The notes under the pieces were generated by a model, which saw nothing but the letters and a program-made list of their open reading frames with translations, was not told the origin of the DNA and did no database searches. Both the position numbers and the translations under genes were made by a program. A stretch of 10,381 bases of DNA from Bdellovibrionota bacterium FG-1. GTDB taxonomy: Bacteria > Bdellovibrionota > UBA1018. This document shows, one piece after another, positions 5,611 through 10,381 of this stretch. The stretch covers positions 1 to 10,381 of the forward strand of contig JBBCAW010000076.1 in the NCBI GenBank assembly GCA_051382295.1, in the 5' to 3' direction. Numbering within the stretch: position 1 is the stretch's first letter; each line of letters begins with the position of its first letter.

Positions 5611-8157
5611 ATGGACGAACAGCGAAATCAAAAATCAAACGACGCTCAACCCCCAGTACGCCCAGGGGGACTGATCCTCCCAGACCAGGTTTTGCCACCT
5701 AATCTTTTTATCTTACCCTTTAATGGACCCATCACTTTTCCAACGCTTTTAGCGCCCCTTTTGATCCATCAGTCCAAGCACATCGCGATGATCGAAGAGG
5801 CCATCAATCGCCAACGGATGATTGGCCTGCTTTTGACCCGAAACGGCGAAGCCGCCGAAACCGTCAAACCAGACCAACTCTACGACGTAGGCGTGATCGT
5901 GAAGATCATCAAACGCCTGAAACTTCCGGATGGTTCCGTCAACCTGCTGATCCATAGCATGAAGCGCTTTCGCACCAAGAGGGTTCTATCCGAGCACCCC
6001 TATATCGTGGTCGAAACCGAATATTTGAATGACATCGTTGAAAAATCCACCGAGATGGATGCTCTCACGCGGTCTGTGATCAGCCATGTAAAAAAGCTTT
6101 CCGAGGTCAACCCATTTTTCACCGAAGAAATGCGCTTAGCCATGATCAACGCGCCGGGTGCCGGCACCGTCGCTGATTTAGTGGCCTTTGCCCTCACCCT
6201 TCCAAAAATCGAAGCCCAGGAATTTCTGGAGACTCTTTCAGTCAAAAATCGTTTCGAAAAACTACTCGTTCACTTACGGCGAGAACAAGATGTCGCCGAT
6301 CTTCAGCGAAAAATTAATGACGAGGTCAACACCAAGCTCAACAAGCTTCAACGCGAATTTTTCTTAAAAGAACAACTCAAAACCATTAAGCGGGAATTGG
6401 GAAACGAAGAGGACGGCAAAGAGAAGTCAGCACGAACTTTTCGCGAGCGAATCGAAGCCGCCGGAATGCCGGACGAGACCAAAAAAATCGCGCTCGACGA
6501 GCTGGAGAAATTTGAAACCCTCTCGGAAAATTCGCCGGAATTCAATATTTCACGCACTTATCTCGAAACCCTTTGTTCTCTCCCCTGGAGTAAGGTCACC
6601 CAAGACAGTCTAGATTTGGATCATGCTCGAGAGGTTTTGGACTCCGATCATTATGGCCTTGAAAAGGTAAAAGAGCGCATCATTGAGTTCTTAGCGGTCC
6701 GTCAGCTTAAAAATGACCCCAAGGGTTCGATTATTTGCCTGGTAGGTCCTCCAGGGGTCGGCAAGACCTCCATTGCTAAATCCATTGCCCAAACCCTGGG
6801 CCGAAGCTTTTTTAGATTCTCCTTAGGTGGCATGCGTGATGAAGCCGAGATCAAAGGTCACCGCCGCACCTATATCGGCGCGATGCCAGGCAAAATTTTG
6901 AACGGACTTCGCCGCGCGGGCACAAAAAACTGTGTTCTGACTCTGGACGAGATCGATAAGCTTTCAAGCAGCTACCATGGAGATCCGGCGAGCGCGCTGC
7001 TTGAAGTTTTGGATCCTGAACAAAATTCGGCATTTTTAGATCATTATCTGGATGTGCCGTTTGACCTCTCCAAGGTCCTTTTTATCGTCACGGCCAATAC
7101 CACTTCGACCATCCCGGGGCCGCTTTTGGATCGGATGGAAGTGATCGAAATTGCAGGCTATACGCTCGAGGAAAAAGAAGACATCGCCCTTCGATATGTC
7201 ATTCCACGGGAACTCGAGGCCAACGGGGTCAAACCGACTCAGTTGAAAATTGAAAAAACCGCGCTTCGAAAGATGATTAACGATTATGCTCGCGAGCCGG
7301 GACTTCGCTCCCTTCAGCAAATGGTCGGGAAAATCGCCCGAAAATCCGCGGCGCAAATCGTTCAAGCCAAATCTCGGACAGGAAATCGGGCAAAAACGAT
7401 CATCGTGACTTCGGAAAGCTTAGCGGATTGGTTAGGCCCCAAGCGCTTTTATAATGAAGTTGCGGAGAGAATCACCGCTCCTGGTGTCGTGGTCGGCTTG
7501 GCATGGACCGCGATGGGCGGGGAGATCCTCTTTATTGAAGCGCAGGATTACCCAGGCTCGGGCCAGCTTAAGCTCACCGGGCAAATGGGAGATGTCATGA
7601 AGGAAAGCTCTGCCATTGCGTGGAGCTACGTCAAAAAGAAGGCTTCGTTACTCCCGATGGGCCCTGATCGTAAATATTTCACCGAAAATGACGTCCATTT
7701 GCATATTCCGGCTGGAGCCATTCCCAAGGACGGTCCCTCAGCCGGAGTCACCATGGCCACCGCACTTTACTCTCTCATGAGCGGGCGCAAAACCAAGGCA
7801 CGAATGGCCATGACAGGCGAGCTTTCACTCATCGGCAAAGTCCTGCCAGTGGGTGGCATCAAGGAAAAACTTCTAGCTGCACGACGGGCTGGAATCACAA
7901 CCGTGATTTTACCCAAGATCAACGAAAAGGACCTTCAAGAGGTTCCGGAGTATGCTCTGCGCGGCATGACCCTACATCTGGTGAGTCATGTGGACGAAGT
8001 TTTTGATCTCGTTCTTGAAAAACCAGCCGCCGTGAAACCCAAGATTGTGCGCAGTAAGGTGATTAATTCGACATTGGGGGAAGGTCGTTATCGAGATCTT
8101 CCGGGCTCATCACTACAACGGAAACACAACCGGCAGCGATTTCACGCAAAGCGGTGA
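5611..8157 (+). CDS. lon: ATP-dependent Lon protease (endopeptidase La, LonA)
   Basis: N-terminal LON domain, [12 protein letters not shown], Walker [13 protein letters not shown]-like [13 protein letters not shown], Walker B LDEIDK, catalytic PKDGPSAG and VGGIKEK. Start uncertain: longest ORF begins at 5560; ATG 5611 preferred because it lies downstream of the sigma32-like promoter. Confidence 0.97.
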   Translation: MDEQRNQKSNDAQPPVRPGGLILPDQVLPPNLFILPFNGPITFPTLLAPLLIHQSKHIAMIEEAINRQRMIGLLLTRNGEAAETVKPDQLYDVGVIVKIIKRLKLPDGSVNLLIHSMKRFRTKRVLSEHPYIVVETEYLNDIVEKSTEMDALTRSVISHVKKLSEVNPFFTEEMRLAMINAPGAGTVADLVAFALTLPKIEAQEFLETLSVKNRFEKLLVHLRREQDVADLQRKINDEVNTKLNKLQREFFLKEQLKTIKRELGNEEDGKEKSARTFRERIEAAGMPDETKKIALDELEKFETLSENSPEFNISRTYLETLCSLPWSKVTQDSLDLDHAREVLDSDHYGLEKVKERIIEFLAVRQLKNDPKGSIICLVGPPGVGKTSIAKSIAQTLGRSFFRFSLGGMRDEAEIKGHRRTYIGAMPGKILNGLRRAGTKNCVLTLDEIDKLSSSYHGDPASALLEVLDPEQNSAFLDHYLDVPFDLSKVLFIVTANTTSTIPGPLLDRMEVIEIAGYTLEEKEDIALRYVIPRELEANGVKPTQLKIEKTALRKMINDYAREPGLRSLQQMVGKIARKSAAQIVQAKSRTGNRAKTIIVTSESLADWLGPKRFYNEVAERITAPGVVVGLAWTAMGGEILFIEAQDYPGSGQLKLTGQMGDVMKESSAIAWSYVKKKASLLPMGPDRKYFTENDVHLHIPAGAIPKDGPSAGVTMATALYSLMSGRKTKARMAMTGELSLIGKVLPVGGIKEKLLAARRAGITTVILPKINEKDLQEVPEYALRGMTLHLVSHVDEVFDLVLEKPAAVKPKIVRSKVINSTLGEGRYRDLPGSSLQRKHNRQRFHAKR

Positions 8158-8293
8158 CAATCACGCGATTCTTGCTTTTCACCAAAGGCTCAGACCCCTT
8201 GTAAAGCTGTCGGGCACGCTTGGTGGTTAAGTGAACCAACTCATACATATTGTCTACGTTCTGTAAGCAGTCTTCAATTGTAACGCGTGCCAT
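8063..8293 (-). CDS. rpoZ: DNA-directed RNA polymerase omega subunit
   Basis: MARVTIEDCL...ELV...KRARQL..G...LV...N...TALREIAAG omega signature. AAGGAG RBS at 8304-8299. Confidence 0.96.
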   Translation of the reverse strand: MARVTIEDCLQNVDNMYELVHLTTKRARQLYKGSEPLVKSKNRVIVTALREIAAGCVSVVVMSPEDLDNDLPPMSN

Positions 8294-8358
8294 GGAAACT
8301 CCTTAAATCATTCGAAAACATAAAGATATAAACTCACTAGCTAATCCCCGTGATTGAG

Positions 8359-10224
8359 TCAAGAGGAGGTGTACATGCTGTCGAGCTCGTTCTTGAAGCG
8401 ACGATTAATATAGCTGCGACGCACCTTAAGCGAAGGCGTCAACTCGCCACTGTCTATGCCAAATTCATTGGGCAAGATTACGAATTTCTTAATCGTTTCA
8501 TAGGTTGCTAACTTCCTATTGACCTCATCAATGATTTTTTGGACCCAACCCAGAATTTTTGGATTTTTGACCAACTCAGAGTATTCGCTAAACAAAATAG
8601 AATGCTCGGTAGCAAAACGAATCACCTGCTCGCGGTCTAAGGTGACCAAGGCAGTCAGAAAATGCCGCCGATCTCCATGCGCTACAAATTGGGTGATCAA
8701 GGAGTAAGCTTTGGCCAGGTTTTCAATTTTCTGAGGGGCCACGTTTTTGCCGCCACTAGTCACGATCAGATCTTTTTTGCGATCCGTAATGTGCAGAAAA
8801 CCATCGGCATCCAAATGCCCGATATCTCCGGTATGAAACCAGCCGCCATGGAGCACCTCAGCGGTCTCCTTAGGCATCTTAAAATAACCTTTGAATACCT
8901 TGCGCGAATTCACGAGAATTTCGCCATCCTCGGCGATTTTGATCTGAACCTCAGGAAGTGGCCGCCCCACGACGCCAAAGCGAGCATCATCGGGTAAATT
9001 GAGTGAAACCGGGGCAGTCGTTTCAGTGAGACCATAGCCTTCGAGAATCTTAATCCCCACCACCTGAAAGAATTCGCCTATTTCCTTGGGAAGGGGGGCC
9101 CCCCCACATACGGCAAAACGAAGCCGTCCTCCAAAACGCTGCGCGATCTTCGAAAACACCAATTGGGTCGCAATCGCATATTCAGCCGTCTCCGAAAAAG
9201 AAGGCTTTTGATGCGCCCAAATGGCTTGGTAGTATTTGCGACCCACGCGAAAGGCTTTATCAAAAACCCGTTTCTTGAGCGAAGCCCCCCCTTGGACGTG
9301 GGAGTGAACGCGGTTAAAGGCCCGCTCAAAAATTCGAGGCACTGCAAAGATCACGGTGGGGCGAACTTCGACAATATTGCTCATGAGCTTGTCGATGTTT
9401 TCCACATAGGCTTGGCGCCACCCAAAACTGTAAATGGCCATGGACTCCGCCTTGCCCAAAATATGTGAAAACGGCAAAAAGGACAGGATGACTTCGCCCT
9501 TAGGATTGACAAATCTTCCGACGGTCGCCACGCAATCCTCAAGCACGCTCATCATATTGTCGTGCGTGATCATCGCCCCCTTGGGCACCCCCGTGGTTCC
9601 GGAGGTATAGCAAATGGTGATCAGATCTTCAGGTTTTGCGTTGCGGAGGTTGTCCTCAAATCGTTCAGGACTGCGGGATTCCTCGCGCCGGCCGAGTTCT
9701 TTCAGCGCGGTGAAGGTGATGATATTTTGCGAACCATTTTGGTGACTTGCCGCAAGCGCGATCGCCGAGGGTTCGATCACAATGATTTTTTTGAGATGAG
9801 GAAGGCAATCTGGCTTTTCGAGGCGCTTTTCGACGATTTTTTGAAGTTGCTTGGCATCTTCCAAAATCATGATCTTGGCTTCGGAATGGTGCGCGATAAA
9901 GCAAACATCGTCGGGAATACTGGAAGCATAGATAGGAACGGTAACGCCGGCTGCTCCCAAGATTGCCATGTCGCTGAGCGACCACTCATAGCGGGTATTG
10001 GAAAGAATCGCGACCCGATCTCCCGGCTCAACCCCCAAAGCCATCAAACCAAAAGCGACCTGCTTGCACTCTTCAAAATACTCGCGAAAAGTGACCTGCT
10101 TCCAAATATTGAGCACTCCCGCCTCGGCATAAGTCGGTTTATATTGAAAACCAACTTCGTCAGGAGTGACCTTAACGCGTTCAAGAAAAGTTTCAGTGAT
10201 AGTCTTTCGTGTAATCAGAGGCAT
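8359..10224 (-). CDS. Long-chain fatty-acid-CoA ligase (AMP-dependent synthetase, FAA1/FadD15-like)
   Basis: 621 aa. AMP-binding YTSGTTGVPKG, GYGLTET, GWFHTGDIG, ITDRKKD, GGKNVAPQKIE and terminal ELTPSLKVRR are typical of the long/very-long-chain acyl-CoA synthetase group. Confidence 0.93.
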   Translation of the reverse strand: MPLITRKTITETFLERVKVTPDEVGFQYKPTYAEAGVLNIWKQVTFREYFEECKQVAFGLMALGVEPGDRVAILSNTRYEWSLSDMAILGAAGVTVPIYASSIPDDVCFIAHHSEAKIMILEDAKQLQKIVEKRLEKPDCLPHLKKIIVIEPSAIALAASHQNGSQNIITFTALKELGRREESRSPERFEDNLRNAKPEDLITICYTSGTTGVPKGAMITHDNMMSVLEDCVATVGRFVNPKGEVILSFLPFSHILGKAESMAIYSFGWRQAYVENIDKLMSNIVEVRPTVIFAVPRIFERAFNRVHSHVQGGASLKKRVFDKAFRVGRKYYQAIWAHQKPSFSETAEYAIATQLVFSKIAQRFGGRLRFAVCGGAPLPKEIGEFFQVVGIKILEGYGLTETTAPVSLNLPDDARFGVVGRPLPEVQIKIAEDGEILVNSRKVFKGYFKMPKETAEVLHGGWFHTGDIGHLDADGFLHITDRKKDLIVTSGGKNVAPQKIENLAKAYSLITQFVAHGDRRHFLTALVTLDREQVIRFATEHSILFSEYSELVKNPKILGWVQKIIDEVNRKLATYETIKKFVILPNEFGIDSGELTPSLKVRRSYINRRFKNELDSMYTSS

Positions 10225-10265
10225 ATCTCTGATTTATACCTTAGGTAATGAGTAGTTAGCAAGGA

Positions 10266-10372
10266 CAGGAATTCTTCGGTGAGGGATGTCGGGGTCGTCC
10301 CTCCCTGGACTCCGCGCAAAAACGCGCTTCCTGCGCGCGCGGATCCCCTCACCCGTCACCAAAGAATTCCTG
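10266..10372. repeat. 107-bp palindromic, highly structured intergenic element (MITE/REP-like repeat or structured RNA)
   Basis: Terminal arms CAGGAATTCTTCGGTGA (10266-10282) and TCACCAAAGAATTCCTG (10356-10372) are complementary at 16/17. The stem continues imperfectly to GGGG/CCCC and encloses two internal hairpins. Only one copy is in the window, so repeat status is inferred. Confidence 0.7.
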
Positions 10373-10381
10373 GCGTGGGAA

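Noticed and set aside
5611..8157. Lon as part of a defence system (BrxL-like)
   Set aside because: It is a canonical LonA with N-domain, AAA+ module and PKDGPSAG, and there are no defence genes nearby.
9562..10248. 228-aa plus-strand ORF and the other short alternative-frame ORFs inside the main genes
   Set aside because: Antisense or off-frame shadows of well-supported genes, with no motifs.
10266..10372. Element as SRP RNA, tRNA, CRISPR repeat or simple terminator
   Set aside because: Lacks the SRP CAGG..GNRA..AGCAG domain, tRNA T-loop and cloverleaf, repeat-spacer periodicity and a U-tract.

Overview
Bacterial chromosomal window. The omega-subunit sequence and gene mix suggest a deltaproteobacterial/Bdellovibrionota-like organism (inference only). 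Seven complete CDSs: a lipoprotein-type M3 (thimet oligopeptidase-like) metallopeptidase divergent from a secreted Kp43-like S8 subtilase, a short thioredoxin-like [2Fe-2S] ferredoxin, an uncharacterised lipoprotein, Lon protease, rpoZ, and a long-chain fatty-acid-CoA ligase. The genes are mostly ordinary; the notable signals are non-coding. (i) Positions 1-126 look like the left end of an IS200/IS605 element (hairpin, guide AGAT, matching target CTAA containing the peptidase stop codon, start of a TnpA-like ORF leaving the window). (ii) The orphan lipoprotein has a complete sigma54 promoter layout (-24/-12, IHF site, palindromic upstream sites), back-to-back with a sigma32-like, possibly leaderless lon promoter. 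(iii) lon and rpoZ overlap convergently by 95 bp. (iv) A 107-bp branched palindromic element with GGA loops lies upstream of the acyl-CoA ligase. No CRISPR array, tRNA or rRNA was seen, and no clearly new multi-gene system can be established from this window alone.
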